64,000 nucleotides of DNA from an uncultured Bacilli bacterium (lineage in GTDB: Bacteria > Bacillota_I > Bacilli_A > RF39 > UBA660). The notes below the pieces were generated by a model. That model searched no databases and was not told the origin of the DNA. It was given only the letters and a program-made list of their open reading frames with translations. Where the stretch lies: assembly GCA_947626095.1 (NCBI GenBank), contig CANQQV010000002.1, positions 64,001 to 128,000 of the forward strand, written 5' to 3'. The position numbers were made by a program, and so were the translations under genes. The first letter of the stretch is position 1. Each line of letters opens with the position of its first letter. Below, piece after piece: positions 51,173-61,862 of this stretch.

Positions 51173-51823
51173 TTAAGCATCTTGACAACGACTATTAAGT
51201 TCTTCTTCTAAAGTACGATTAGTAGCTTTTAAGTTTTCTTTAATAAGCTTTTCAAGTTCTTTAGTAAGTTTTTTATTATATTTTTCTAAGTCGTCGGTAT
51301 CAACAGTAAATGGTTTACCATATCTAATCATTAAGTTTTTACTACGGAATTTATAATCACCAGTTACGGCACAAGGTACAATTGTAGCTTTAGTTTTATG
51401 GGCCATAGAAACGGCACCGAATTTTAAATCTAATAATAAGACGTCGTTGGTTTTATTTCTTGTTCCTTCGGGGAATATACCAATCGCCCCACCATTATTT
51501 AAAACATCTAAAGCAGCAGATTTAGCAGCTTCATCATGAATAGCACGATTAACGGGGATACAACCAACCATTTTAAAGAACCAAGCTAGTTTACCATCAA
51601 AGTATTCTTTTTTAGCCATATAATGAATTACTCTTTTAGTGGCCATGATAGTTAGACATTGATCAAATAAGTGTTTATGATTACTTGTAATAAGAATAGC
51701 TCCTTCTTTAGGAATTAGTTCTTTATTAACGATTTGAGGATTATAGTATAAACGGAATAAAACACGCATGATTGGTGTTAATATTTTGTAACCCGTTTCA
51801 CCTTTAAACTTCTTTTTTGCCAT
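51173..51823 (-). CDS. plsC: Lysophospholipid acyltransferase (PlsC family)
   Basis: NHKHLFD, MAKKE, IFPEGTR. Confidence 0.88.
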   Translation of the reverse strand: MAKKKFKGETGYKILTPIMRVLFRLYYNPQIVNKELIPKEGAILITSNHKHLFDQCLTIMATKRVIHYMAKKEYFDGKLAWFFKMVGCIPVNRAIHDEAAKSAALDVLNNGGAIGIFPEGTRNKTNDVLLLDLKFGAVSMAHKTKATIVPCAVTGDYKFRSKNLMIRYGKPFTVDTDDLEKYNKKLTKELEKLIKENLKATNRTLEEELNSRCQDA

Positions 51824-53588
51824 TTTTTTCCTCCAGACGTTTTTCGATATTTTCTTGTTGTAGTTTTCTAAAGTCGACTTTACCTATCATGGTTTTAGGT
51901 AGACTTTTTCTAAATTCAAATTCTTTAGGTATTGAATAAGCTGCAAGATTCTTTTTACATAGTTCTAATAATTCTTCACGTAATTTAGGTGTATCTTTAT
52001 ATCCTTGTTTTAAGGCGATGTAAGCTTTAGCTACTTCAACTTTATAAGGATGTGGAATACCAATGACGGATGAGTCCATTACAGCTGGGTGTTGTTCTAG
52101 GACTTCTTCTATTTGGGATGGATAGACATTATAACCAGAGGTAACTATCATACGTTTAATACGTGATTTATAAGAGACGAAGCCATCTTTATCCATAGAA
52201 CCAATATCTCCACTATGCAACCAAACGTTGCCATCTTTATGAATATGAAGGGCATCGTTAGTTTCTTTTTCATTATTGTAGTAACCTAACATAACAGTTG
52301 GACCACAAATACAGATTTCGCCTTCTTCCCCAATAGGAACTTCTTCATCTGTACCTGGTTTAGTAATTGAAACATAAGTACCTGGCCATGGAATACCAAC
52401 AGTACCAGGACGTGAAGCAAATTTTAAGTCGAAAGTGATGGCCGCAACGGCCTCAGTCATACCATAACCTTGAGTTAAGTTAGTATTAGCACCATGTTCA
52501 TGTAAGAATTCATTTATCTTATTAACACGATCAGCGTTTAGGGTATCTCCACCAGCAATAACGTATTTTAAGTTAGATAAATCAACTTTATCCATACGCG
52601 CATTAGTAGTTAAAGCTTCAAATAAGGTTGGTACGCCAACTAAAACACTAGGTTTATATTTAGTTAGTAGCTTATCAAATTCACTAGCTTTAAAAGTTGG
52701 AATTAAGATTACTTTAGCACCAACAGCAAAAGCATCAGTAATACTTACGGATAGACCAAAGCCATGGAAGATGGGCATGATAGCTAAGATAATATCTTGT
52801 TTATCTAGATCAGGTAAAGCTCTTTCAGCTTGCATAGTAGCAGCATTAAAGTTACCGTTAGATAAGACGATACCCTTTGGCGTACCGGTACTTCCGCCAC
52901 TATGTAAAATAACTGCTGGAGTATCACGTTTAGTGTTTTCGGCGACTTTTTCAATTGTATAGTGTTCACCGTGTTTAATAAAGTCTTTCCAATAGAGGAA
53001 GTCTTCACTCTTTTTAGGTTTTTCTACTTTATAACCTTGAGTTACTTCATAACCGATTTTCATTAAAGTAGACATAGAGTCTTTAGCCGAAATAATAATT
53101 GTTTTGTATACTTCAGTTTCAGCTAATATATTTTTAATCTTACTATAAGTTATATCCATGGCAACTAACATAACGGTAGAATATCTTTTTAAAGCTTCTT
53201 TAATTTCATTTTCACTGGATAAAGGGTGAATCATGTTAGCGATGGCACCGATTTTATTAAGAGCATAGAAAGAGATAACAGCTTCAGGAATATTAGCTGA
53301 TAAAACAGTGACAACATCGCCACGACGAATACCTTGACTTAAAAATGAACGAGCAACTAAATCAATATTTTGATAGAATTCATGATAAGTCATTTTAGTA
53401 CCAAAGTATTCAATAGCAATATGGTTTTTATAATTATTTTCTAAAGACTTATCTTTGATATATTTGTATATAGAAATATTTGGAACATCAAAATTCATTT
53501 GTTGTTTAGAATAGTATTTGCCCCATTTGGCTTTTGGTTTCTTCTTTAAACCAATAAAACTAAAAAACTTCATATCTAAAATTCCCAT
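51804..53588 (-). CDS. Long-chain acyl-CoA synthetase (AMP-binding)
   Basis: HSGGSTGTPKG, GYGMTE, WLHSGD, GYNVYP, LPKTMIGK. Confidence 0.9.
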   Translation of the reverse strand: MGILDMKFFSFIGLKKKPKAKWGKYYSKQQMNFDVPNISIYKYIKDKSLENNYKNHIAIEYFGTKMTYHEFYQNIDLVARSFLSQGIRRGDVVTVLSANIPEAVISFYALNKIGAIANMIHPLSSENEIKEALKRYSTVMLVAMDITYSKIKNILAETEVYKTIIISAKDSMSTLMKIGYEVTQGYKVEKPKKSEDFLYWKDFIKHGEHYTIEKVAENTKRDTPAVILHSGGSTGTPKGIVLSNGNFNAATMQAERALPDLDKQDIILAIMPIFHGFGLSVSITDAFAVGAKVILIPTFKASEFDKLLTKYKPSVLVGVPTLFEALTTNARMDKVDLSNLKYVIAGGDTLNADRVNKINEFLHEHGANTNLTQGYGMTEAVAAITFDLKFASRPGTVGIPWPGTYVSITKPGTDEEVPIGEEGEICICGPTVMLGYYNNEKETNDALHIHKDGNVWLHSGDIGSMDKDGFVSYKSRIKRMIVTSGYNVYPSQIEEVLEQHPAVMDSSVIGIPHPYKVEVAKAYIALKQGYKDTPKLREELLELCKKNLAAYSIPKEFEFRKSLPKTMIGKVDFRKLQQENIEKRLEEKNGKKEV

Positions 53589-53589
53589 A

Positions 53590-54171
53590 TTATTTCCTCT
53601 TTTCTTCTAACTTTTCGCTAATTAATTGCATAAGTTTTTCATTTTCTTTAGTTAAATCATCAGATTTTATTTTATGTGGCTTTAAAAATTCAATTGTTAA
53701 ATCATTTTTAAATAGTTTATATTTACCAGTAATAATAAATGGAATGATAGATGATTTAGTGTCATGAGCCATTTTGACAGCGCCGATTTTAAAAGGCATG
53801 ACGATGTCTTTAGTACGATTGATTGTTCCTTCAGGAAAGATGCCAATTACTTTATTTTCTTTTAAAGCGTTAATGGCATTATCTAAAGCACCTTTATCAT
53901 GGATGGAACGATTAACAGGAATTATAGCCATGTTCTTAAAGATGATTTTTTTCCATCCTTTCATTAAAGAATCTTTAGCTAAAAAATGAATAACATCTTT
54001 CGTACAATTAACTAAGAGTACACTATCAAAATTATTTGTGTGGTTGCCACATAAGACATATGGACCACCTTTTGGTATGTTTTCTAAACCAATATATTTC
54101 GGATGAAAGAAGACTTTCATAAATATCTTTAGTAAGGGTCTTACTATTTTGTAAAATAATGGATCTTTCAT
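53590..54171 (-). CDS. plsC: Lysophospholipid acyltransferase (PlsC family), second paralog
   Basis: NHTNNFD, LAKDS, IFPEGT. Confidence 0.88.
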   Translation of the reverse strand: MKDPLFYKIVRPLLKIFMKVFFHPKYIGLENIPKGGPYVLCGNHTNNFDSVLLVNCTKDVIHFLAKDSLMKGWKKIIFKNMAIIPVNRSIHDKGALDNAINALKENKVIGIFPEGTINRTKDIVMPFKIGAVKMAHDTKSSIIPFIITGKYKLFKNDLTIEFLKPHKIKSDDLTKENEKLMQLISEKLEEKRK

Positions 54172-54257
54172 TGAATCGCATCCTTAATAATTAATGTATA
54201 CATTTATTTTATCATATATTCAAAAGATATTCTATGCAAGAAAAAAAACAGATTTAA

Positions 54258-54956
54258 TTATCTGTTATTATATTTAGTTAAGTCGTAACGCAAATCAAGG
54301 GTTTTATTATAAGCGATGGCAGAATCGTCATTTTTAATGATTAATAAATACCACCATGATTCATTTTCTTTGATTTTAGTCGAAGTTAAGTCTTTTTCAT
54401 TTTCAATAATAAGTGATGGGAAGATATTGATGGAATAAACATTTTCTAAAGCTATGTCATTACCAAAGGTTGTATAGAATTCTTCTTCCGTATAACCCAT
54501 TTCAGTTAAAGCATCTAAACCATTGGTATAGTTATAAGTACCATGATAATAGTTATCATTTAATTCGTTATAAGTATTATACCAGTAGAAGTTTTCGTCT
54601 TGAGAAAAGACAAATAATTCATTATTTTGCGAAGTCCACATACCTAACTTGCTTGGTTCAAATTGCTTTTCATTATCATGATCTAATTGGTCTTGAACTT
54701 TAGGAGTTGATAAAAAATTAGATAGTAAGACAAGGTTGACTAAGATTAAAGCAATTATTAAAAAGATGGAAATGGTATTAAAAGATAGATTAGAAGAAGG
54801 TTTCTTTTTAGCAGTACTGACTTTTTTGACTTTTAAAGGAACTTCTTTTAACTTAACGTCCTTAGGTAATTTATTTTTTAAGACTGTTTTTTGACAATTT
54901 GGACATTTAGATGCGCTCTTAGGAAGCTTTTTACCACATTTTGGACATTTAGCCAT
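54258..54956 (-). CDS. Zinc-ribbon (CPKCG..CPNC) single-TM protein
   Basis: N-terminal CxxC pair, basic linker, TM, extracytoplasmic domain. Confidence 0.65.
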   Translation of the reverse strand: MAKCPKCGKKLPKSASKCPNCQKTVLKNKLPKDVKLKEVPLKVKKVSTAKKKPSSNLSFNTISIFLIIALILVNLVLLSNFLSTPKVQDQLDHDNEKQFEPSKLGMWTSQNNELFVFSQDENFYWYNTYNELNDNYYHGTYNYTNGLDALTEMGYTEEEFYTTFGNDIALENVYSINIFPSLIIENEKDLTSTKIKENESWWYLLIIKNDDSAIAYNKTLDLRYDLTKYNNR

Positions 54957-55006
54957 TTTTACCACCTTCTATTCTTTTTAATATTAACAAATAATTGAGG
55001 AAAAGA

Positions 55007-55876
55007 CTACCCTTTTTCTACTAATTTATGACTTAAATTAATATCGATAAATTTAATATGGTATTTTAACTTTTTAATTTTATTACGTATTTCTGATTCA
55101 ATAGTTAATAATTTGTAGACACGAATATTTTTTAAAATATCAATATATAGTTCTAAAGTATAATAATTACCATTTTTAACTAGTTCCATATCTTTATAAG
55201 ATACTTCTTCATATTTATTTAAAATTGATTTAATATGTGTTTCTATTTCATAGTTATCTTCGACTTCACCAATTAAAGATAAGATATTATCTTTGAAAAG
55301 ACCTAAAGAAGTTTTAACAATTAGTAAACCAAGAATAACACCTCCGACTGTATCAGCATACTGCAAGATTTCAATTTGAGATGAAAACTGAGAAAGAATA
55401 ATAATGATTACGACACCTAAAGAAGTTATCATATCATCTTCTGATTCTTTACTAGTAGTTATCAGAATTGGACTATTATGTTTTAGACCTTTCATCATTA
55501 AGAAACGCGAATTGATTAGTTTTAAAATAACAGTGAAGATAATAACTATTATCCATAAAACATTAATCGGATGAGAAGGATTAACAATACTATTATAGAT
55601 GGTATATATACCCATTAAAAGGATAACCGCCGCAATAAATAAGTCAACTAAATATTGGATACGGCCAAAGCCATCCGGATATTTTTTATTAGCTTTTTTA
55701 TAACTTAATTTAGTACCAAAATAAGCGATTATATCTGTTATAAAACCAGATATAGAGTGAAAGCCATCAGCTATCATTGATTTACTTTCACAATAAATAC
55801 CAACAACTAATTTAGTAGATGAGCAAATAAAATTGATTAACATACTAAATAATAAAGGTTTACTTTCTTCTTTCAT
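55007..55876 (-). CDS. Cation diffusion facilitator family transporter
   Basis: SMIADGFHS, YPDGFGR, ADTVGG; six TM + C-terminal domain. Confidence 0.85.
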   Translation of the reverse strand: MKEESKPLLFSMLINFICSSTKLVVGIYCESKSMIADGFHSISGFITDIIAYFGTKLSYKKANKKYPDGFGRIQYLVDLFIAAVILLMGIYTIYNSIVNPSHPINVLWIIVIIFTVILKLINSRFLMMKGLKHNSPILITTSKESEDDMITSLGVVIIIILSQFSSQIEILQYADTVGGVILGLLIVKTSLGLFKDNILSLIGEVEDNYEIETHIKSILNKYEEVSYKDMELVKNGNYYTLELYIDILKNIRVYKLLTIESEIRNKIKKLKYHIKFIDINLSHKLVEKG

Positions 55877-55904
55877 TTATATCACTTCCTAATTTCTATT
55901 TAAT

Positions 55905-57209
55905 TTATGCACCAGCAAATTCTTGAACATAGTAGGTACGTCCATTTAAAGTATATTTGCCAATACCAATTTTGGTAAGGCGTGGATTAATCATAGTGGC
56001 ATAATGAGTACTAGAGTTATGCCATTGTTCACAAGCACGTAAGTCAGTACTTGAATTATAGGCAAGATTTTCAGCAAGAGCATTATATATATTACCTAAA
56101 GTTTTTTGACCAAAATATTCATCGTGTAAAGTAAAACAACCTTTATTACCTGGTCGAATATGATCAAAATTATTAGAATAAGCCAATTCGATAGCTTTAA
56201 TAGTAGCTATAATACTTAAATCATAATCTAAAGTTAAAGCTGGAACATCAACATCAGCACGGAAACGATTAGTTTCTTCAAGAATAGTATTTCTTGAACT
56301 GCTTTGACTACTATATAAGCTTTTGGCTTCATTACTCATTTGTGACACAGTACCATTAAAAGTAGTGAAATTAATATCTTGTTCAGGAGCTGTTCGACTA
56401 GATTCGACTTTACTTCCATCGCTATATAATTTATATGTTACAGTATAATAGGTTTCTTTTTTGACGCCATATTTTATAGCTTCCGAAGCAATAATGACTT
56501 TTTCTTGAACGTCTTTGACATATTTTTTAGTTGTAGTAGTTGTAGTAGGTTTTTTAGTGGTTACTATTGGCTTTTTATTAATAGTTAATTTGGTAATACC
56601 ATCAGTACAGTTACCAGATTTGTCACAAACTTTTAACTTTATTTCATAATGGCCTTCTTTAGTTAAAGATGCTTTGCTTTCGTCTAAGTAAGTGGCGTTA
56701 TATTCAGAATCATTACTATTATCATTATATTCTTGAATAAAGGAAGTAATATTATATTTATCGCCTTCAGTAATTGTTAGTTCTTGTAACTTAATTGTTG
56801 GTGGGGTTAAATCAATTACTTTTAATAGTGATTCATCTTGATCATTAATGACTACTTTATATTCATTTACCGCTTTTAAATAATATTTATTATCTTTAAT
56901 AGTAGTAATATCTTCTAATTTAACTTCTTGATCAGCTAAATAATATTTTATTTCTTCTTTATCTTGTTCTTCATAATTATCATAGTAATCACTTATTTTG
57001 GGCAATTCACTACCTACTTCAAGACTTAATTCTTTTTTGACATTCATGAATATTTTAATTTCATTTTTAATGGGATATGATGCTGGTTGGTTATTATGTT
57101 GATTAGCAAAGATTTTATTATTAAGCAAAAGAGACAAACTAATGATAACTAAAGCAATGGTTACTATACTTAATATTAATATGGTTTTATTATCATTTGT
57201 TTTCATCAT
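55905..57209 (-). CDS. Membrane-anchored CAP (SCP-like) domain protein with Ig-like domains
   Basis: N-terminal TM; TNRFR, FDHIRP, AENLA, WHNSSTH, IGIG, VQEF. Confidence 0.8.
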   Translation of the reverse strand: MMKTNDNKTILILSIVTIALVIISLSLLLNNKIFANQHNNQPASYPIKNEIKIFMNVKKELSLEVGSELPKISDYYDNYEEQDKEEIKYYLADQEVKLEDITTIKDNKYYLKAVNEYKVVINDQDESLLKVIDLTPPTIKLQELTITEGDKYNITSFIQEYNDNSNDSEYNATYLDESKASLTKEGHYEIKLKVCDKSGNCTDGITKLTINKKPIVTTKKPTTTTTTKKYVKDVQEKVIIASEAIKYGVKKETYYTVTYKLYSDGSKVESSRTAPEQDINFTTFNGTVSQMSNEAKSLYSSQSSSRNTILEETNRFRADVDVPALTLDYDLSIIATIKAIELAYSNNFDHIRPGNKGCFTLHDEYFGQKTLGNIYNALAENLAYNSSTDLRACEQWHNSSTHYATMINPRLTKIGIGKYTLNGRTYYVQEFAGA

Positions 57210-57312
57210 ACCACCAACTATTTTATATTATATCAAATATTTGGGATTTAGTTAATTTACTTCTTATTTATCTCATGATATAATTTATTAGAATAATAAA
57301 AGGAGAATGGTT

Positions 57313-59670
57313 ATGAACGAGTATGATACTAGAGAATATTTAGAAAAGTTAAATAAATACTGGAATGCCGCGAATTATTTATCAGCTTGTCAACTTTACT
57401 TATTGGATAATCCATTATTAAAAAGAAGTTTAAGACGAGAAGATGTGAAGAAAAAGATTGTTGGTCACTGGGGAACAGTACCTGGTCAATCTTTTGTTTA
57501 TACACATTTAAATCGTGTTATTAATAAATATGATTTAGATATGATATATGTTTCTGGTCCAGGTCATGGTGGAAATGCAGTGGTTAGTCATGTATATCTT
57601 GAAGGAAGTTATAGTGAAGTATACCCTTCAGTTTCACAAGATGAAAGAGGTTTACAAAAATTATTTAAACAATTCTCTTTCCCAGGGGGAATATCTTCCC
57701 ATGTAGCACCAGAAACACCTGGTTCAATTAATGAAGGTGGTGAGTTAGGTTATTCATTAGCTCATGCTTTTGGAGCCGTTTTTGATAATCCAGATTTAAT
57801 CGCCGCTGTAGTGGTTGGTGATGGTGAAGCAGAAACTGCCAGTTTAGCAACTTCATGGCAATCAAATAAGTTTTTAAATCCGAAAAATGATGGAGCTGTC
57901 TTACCTATTCTACATTTAAATGGTTATAAAATTAGTAATCCAACGATTTTATCACGTATTAGTGAAGATGAATTAGTAAGTTTCTTCCATGGTTGTGGTT
58001 GGGAACCAATTATTGTTGCTGGTGATGATCCAATGACAATGCATAAAGAAATGGCAACAGCTTTAGATAAATGTATTGAAAAAATTAAAAAGATTCAAGA
58101 AAAAGCTCGTAATAGCGCAACATATAAAAGACCTTTCTGGCCAATGATTATATTAAGAACACCTAAAGGATGGACGGGTCCTAAAGTAGTTAATGGTAAA
58201 CAAATTGAAGGATCATTTAGAGCTCACCAAGTACCTATTGATATGAGTGGTGAAAATGATTTAGATACATTAGAAAATTGGTTAAGAAGTTATCATCCAG
58301 AAGAATTATTTGATGAGAATGGTCGTTTAATACCAGAGTTACAAGCTTTAAGTCCTAAAGGTACTAGAAGAATGGGAAGTAATCCTCATGCTAATGGTGG
58401 TAAAATACTTAAAGATTTAATCTTACCTGATTTTAGAAAATATGCTTTAGACATTAAGAAACCAGGTGAAGTTGAAGCACAAGATATGATTGAACTTGGT
58501 AATTATGTTAGAGATGTCTTTAAATTAAATAAAGAAAATAAGAATTTCCGTATCTTTGGTCCAGATGAAACAATGTCTAATAGATTGAATCATAGTTTTG
58601 AAGCCGAAAATAGAAGCTGGATGGGTGAAATAAAAGATACAGATGAGTTCTTAGCTCAAGATGGTCGTATCATGGATGGAATGCTTTCAGAAAATATGTG
58701 TGAAGGATGGCTTGAAGGATATATCTTAACTGGTCGTCATGGATTCTTTGCTAGTTATGAAGCGTTTGTTAGAGTTATTGATTCAATGGCTAGTCAACAT
58801 GCTAAATGGTTAAAGATAACTAAACCTATTCCATGGCGTGAAGAAATAGCTTCTTTAAACTATATTTTAACTAGTAATGTATGGCAACAAGATCATAATG
58901 GTTATACACATCAAGACCCTGGATTCTTAGATCATATAGCGACAAAGAAAGCAGATATCGTTCGTATGTATTTGCCTCCAGATACTAACTGCTTATTATC
59001 TTGTTTTGAACACTGTTTAAAGAGTAAAGAATATATTAATGTTTTAGTTACATCTAAACATCCAAGACCTCAATGGTTAACAATGGAACAAGCTGTTAAA
59101 CATTGTACCCAAGGTTTAGGTATTTGGGATTTTGCTAGTAATGATCAAGAACAAGAACCGGATTTAATAATGGCTTGTTGTGGTGAAACCCCTACTCTAG
59201 AAAGTTTAGCGGCGGTTTCAATTTTACGTGAACATTTACCTAAATTAAAAATAAGATTTATAAATGTTGTTGACTTATTTAAATTACAAACGAAGAGTAA
59301 ACATCCACATGGTTTAAGTGATGAAGATTATGATGCTTTATTTACAAAGAAAAAACCAATTATCTTTAACTTCCATGGCTATCCTACGCTAATTCATGAA
59401 TTATTATATGAAAGATTTAATCATAATATCGTAGTTAAAGGTTATATTGAAGAAGGTTCAATTACAACACCATTTGATATGAGAGTTCAAAATGAAATCG
59501 ATCGTTATCATTTAGTAATTGAAGCTTGTAAGATGGTACCTAATTTAGGTAGTAAAGGTGTTTACTTACAAAAGTTAATGAAAGAAAAATTAGTTGAACA
59601 TAAAGAATTCATTCATGAGTTTGGTTATGATATGCCAGAAGTTAGTGAATGGAAATGGAAAAATGAATAA
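57313..59670 (+). CDS. xfp: Phosphoketolase (xylulose-5-P/fructose-6-P)
   Basis: [47 protein letters not shown]. Confidence 0.96.
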   Translation: MNEYDTREYLEKLNKYWNAANYLSACQLYLLDNPLLKRSLRREDVKKKIVGHWGTVPGQSFVYTHLNRVINKYDLDMIYVSGPGHGGNAVVSHVYLEGSYSEVYPSVSQDERGLQKLFKQFSFPGGISSHVAPETPGSINEGGELGYSLAHAFGAVFDNPDLIAAVVVGDGEAETASLATSWQSNKFLNPKNDGAVLPILHLNGYKISNPTILSRISEDELVSFFHGCGWEPIIVAGDDPMTMHKEMATALDKCIEKIKKIQEKARNSATYKRPFWPMIILRTPKGWTGPKVVNGKQIEGSFRAHQVPIDMSGENDLDTLENWLRSYHPEELFDENGRLIPELQALSPKGTRRMGSNPHANGGKILKDLILPDFRKYALDIKKPGEVEAQDMIELGNYVRDVFKLNKENKNFRIFGPDETMSNRLNHSFEAENRSWMGEIKDTDEFLAQDGRIMDGMLSENMCEGWLEGYILTGRHGFFASYEAFVRVIDSMASQHAKWLKITKPIPWREEIASLNYILTSNVWQQDHNGYTHQDPGFLDHIATKKADIVRMYLPPDTNCLLSCFEHCLKSKEYINVLVTSKHPRPQWLTMEQAVKHCTQGLGIWDFASNDQEQEPDLIMACCGETPTLESLAAVSILREHLPKLKIRFINVVDLFKLQTKSKHPHGLSDEDYDALFTKKKPIIFNFHGYPTLIHELLYERFNHNIVVKGYIEEGSITTPFDMRVQNEIDRYHLVIEACKMVPNLGSKGVYLQKLMKEKLVEHKEFIHEFGYDMPEVSEWKWKNE

Positions 59671-59675
59671 TAAGA

Positions 59676-59707
59676 AAAACTCGTTAATAATTATAACGAG
59701 TTTTTTT
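59676..59707. terminator. Bidirectional intrinsic terminator
   Basis: AAAAACTCGTTA..TAACGAGTTTTT between convergent genes. Confidence 0.7.
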
Positions 59708-60451
59708 GTTTTTAATTAATTTAATAACTAAGTAAATAGCTAATAAGATAATGCCGATGATAAAGCTATAAATAGCGACATGATTTAAAATATTTTGTAA
59801 ATAGTTAACGACATTAGCGACTATTTCATACTCGGCTATTTCAGCTTTTAATTTATATTTTAGGACAATACCTAGAGCATACATACCGACTGTATCCATG
59901 ATAAAAATATAAGCTAAATCAGAAATGAGTTTTAAGATATTACGATTAATTAAGAAATAAATTATTAGAATGACAATAAAAGCTATAATAGCAATAATTG
60001 GGGTTGAATCAAGATTTAATAAGTAAAATATAACAGTCATATGATCTTTTTTTAATTGCATATTTTCTTTTAAGTTTTTATCTAAGGCTTCAATATTAGT
60101 GTTAATAAAGGAACGATCAATCTTAATATCTTTAGCTTGTTCGTAACTATCACAATATTTATTTAAAATGTTTGTTAATTCATCAAGCGAAGGTGTTTGT
60201 TTTAAAAGACCAATATTATATTGAAGATAATTACTTAGTAAATTACTATATACTTTATTTAATTCCTTTTGATCAATATAATCGTTAAAATCAGGAAGAC
60301 TATTTTCAATTATGACATTGTTATCGGTAAATAACATTTTTTCGATATTAGAACTAGATAAGAAGTTTTTTAAGATATAACTAGCTAAGATAGTGGTTAA
60401 AGATAATAAAAGTAAAAGACTTAAAATGTAGTTAATAACTTTTTTTAACAT
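59684..60451 (-). CDS. Hypothetical membrane protein (1 N-terminal + 3 C-terminal TM)
   Basis: Hydrophobic segments; starts 2 nt after the upstream stop. Confidence 0.6.
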   Translation of the reverse strand: MLKKVINYILSLLLLLSLTTILASYILKNFLSSSNIEKMLFTDNNVIIENSLPDFNDYIDQKELNKVYSNLLSNYLQYNIGLLKQTPSLDELTNILNKYCDSYEQAKDIKIDRSFINTNIEALDKNLKENMQLKKDHMTVIFYLLNLDSTPIIAIIAFIVILIIYFLINRNILKLISDLAYIFIMDTVGMYALGIVLKYKLKAEIAEYEIVANVVNYLQNILNHVAIYSFIIGIILLAIYLVIKLIKNKKTRYNY

Positions 60452-60453
60452 AA

Positions 60454-61485
60454 CTACTCTCTTACTAAGTACCATTCTTGTAAGTAGTTATTAGGACTAC
60501 CACAGTATTCACAAGTGTTTTTAGTAATATCAATAGATGCACCACAACTACGACATTTAATAATATTAACTTCTTTATCTAATTTAAGAGGAGAAACGTT
60601 ATTTCTTTTAAAAGTAAAGTTTTCAATTTTTTCATCTTTAACTAGTTTATCATTAAGATAAGTTATGGTACGTAATTTGACTTTTACTTTAACATATAAG
60701 TTTTTATTTTGGACATAATCATTAAATTCTAAGTAATCAATAATGTCATAATCGATGAGATTCGTATTTACTTGATCATCGAAATAATAATTTTTTAATT
60801 CATAATTTAGATTGTTAAAGAAAGTATTTTTATTAACACCTTGTTCATTCATTCTGTTCCAAAAAGCTATTTGTTTTTGATTTTGTCTATCTTTATACAT
60901 TTCCAAAGGTAAAATAACGATAAAAGCATCGATGATATAAAAAACATAATAGAATGCAACACCTAGGCAACCACCAATGATAAAGATTTTAGCAATATCA
61001 TAAATATTGAAAGTACGACTACTAATTTTAACGTAAAAGTACATTAAGATAATACAGAAGATAATGTCAATAATGAAAGTAATAATAGAATATATATTAC
61101 TATTTACAACTTGATCATAATGATACTTAGTACCTAGACTTTTATTACTATAATCCATATTGTAATATGTATGACAGTATGGGCAGCCATCTTTGAATTT
61201 TTTTACTTTATCAGTATAACCACAGTTTGGACAAGTTATCTTTTTATCACTACTATCAAAGACAAAGGTATAAGTTAGACGAGGATCAAAGTTATATGTT
61301 TTTAATAAAAGCTTTTGATCTTTATAGTAATCTTTTTCTAAGATAATACCATTAATGACATTATCGTTATGGGAATTGTTAGAGTTTCTTTCTAATCTTT
61401 TATTATCAGCTTTATAAATTGTTTTGATATTGATATTATACTTATCTAATCTTTTAGTATGTAATCTTTCCGTAATAAGAGTCAT
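60454..61485 (-). CDS. Membrane protein with N- and C-terminal zinc ribbons
   Basis: CPNCG..CPYCH, two central TMs, CRSCGA..CEYCG; GGAGGG RBS. Confidence 0.7.
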   Translation of the reverse strand: MTLITERLHTKRLDKYNINIKTIYKADNKRLERNSNNSHNDNVINGIILEKDYYKDQKLLLKTYNFDPRLTYTFVFDSSDKKITCPNCGYTDKVKKFKDGCPYCHTYYNMDYSNKSLGTKYHYDQVVNSNIYSIITFIIDIIFCIILMYFYVKISSRTFNIYDIAKIFIIGGCLGVAFYYVFYIIDAFIVILPLEMYKDRQNQKQIAFWNRMNEQGVNKNTFFNNLNYELKNYYFDDQVNTNLIDYDIIDYLEFNDYVQNKNLYVKVKVKLRTITYLNDKLVKDEKIENFTFKRNNVSPLKLDKEVNIIKCRSCGASIDITKNTCEYCGSPNNYLQEWYLVRE

Positions 61486-61497
61486 TTTAGTTCCCTC

Positions 61498-61860
61498 CTA
61501 ATTATTATTGTTGTTATTATTGTTGTTATTGTTATTATTGTTGTTATTATTTGATGAAGAGCCACCACTATATGAACTACTACTAGGAGTATAATGCGGA
61601 TATAAAGTAAAGCCACTATTAGTTAATTTAAGACCATCAATAGAACTATCTTTAAGGGTGGTAGGAATATTTTTTAGAAGACTACCATTCGCCGTAATAA
61701 GAGAAATAATATTAGCGGTAGCTGTTAAGTAGTTGGCAGGATCATTATTCATAAAATCGTATATTTCATCAAGATTATCTTCAGATATAGAATAACGTTT
61801 AGCTAAATCCATACATTGTTTGACTTTAACTAATTCATTATATGTTTCTGGTTCTTTCAT
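61498..61860 (-). CDS. Small protein with a Ser/Gly linker and poly-Asn C-terminus; candidate radical SAM substrate
   Basis: AAGGAG RBS, ATG 2 nt after the radical SAM stop; ends LYPHYTPSSSSYSGGSSS-N17-stop. Confidence 0.75.
   Translation of the reverse strand: MKEPETYNELVKVKQCMDLAKRYSISEDNLDEIYDFMNNDPANYLTATANIISLITANGSLLKNIPTTLKDSSIDGLKLTNSGFTLYPHYTPSSSSYSGGSSSNNNNNNNNNNNNNNNNN
61501..61551 (-). repeat. Mixed AAT/AAC trinucleotide repeat encoding 17 Asn
   Basis: Read directly from the sequence; AATAATAACAAC unit recurs. Confidence 0.9.
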
Positions 61861-61862
61861 AA

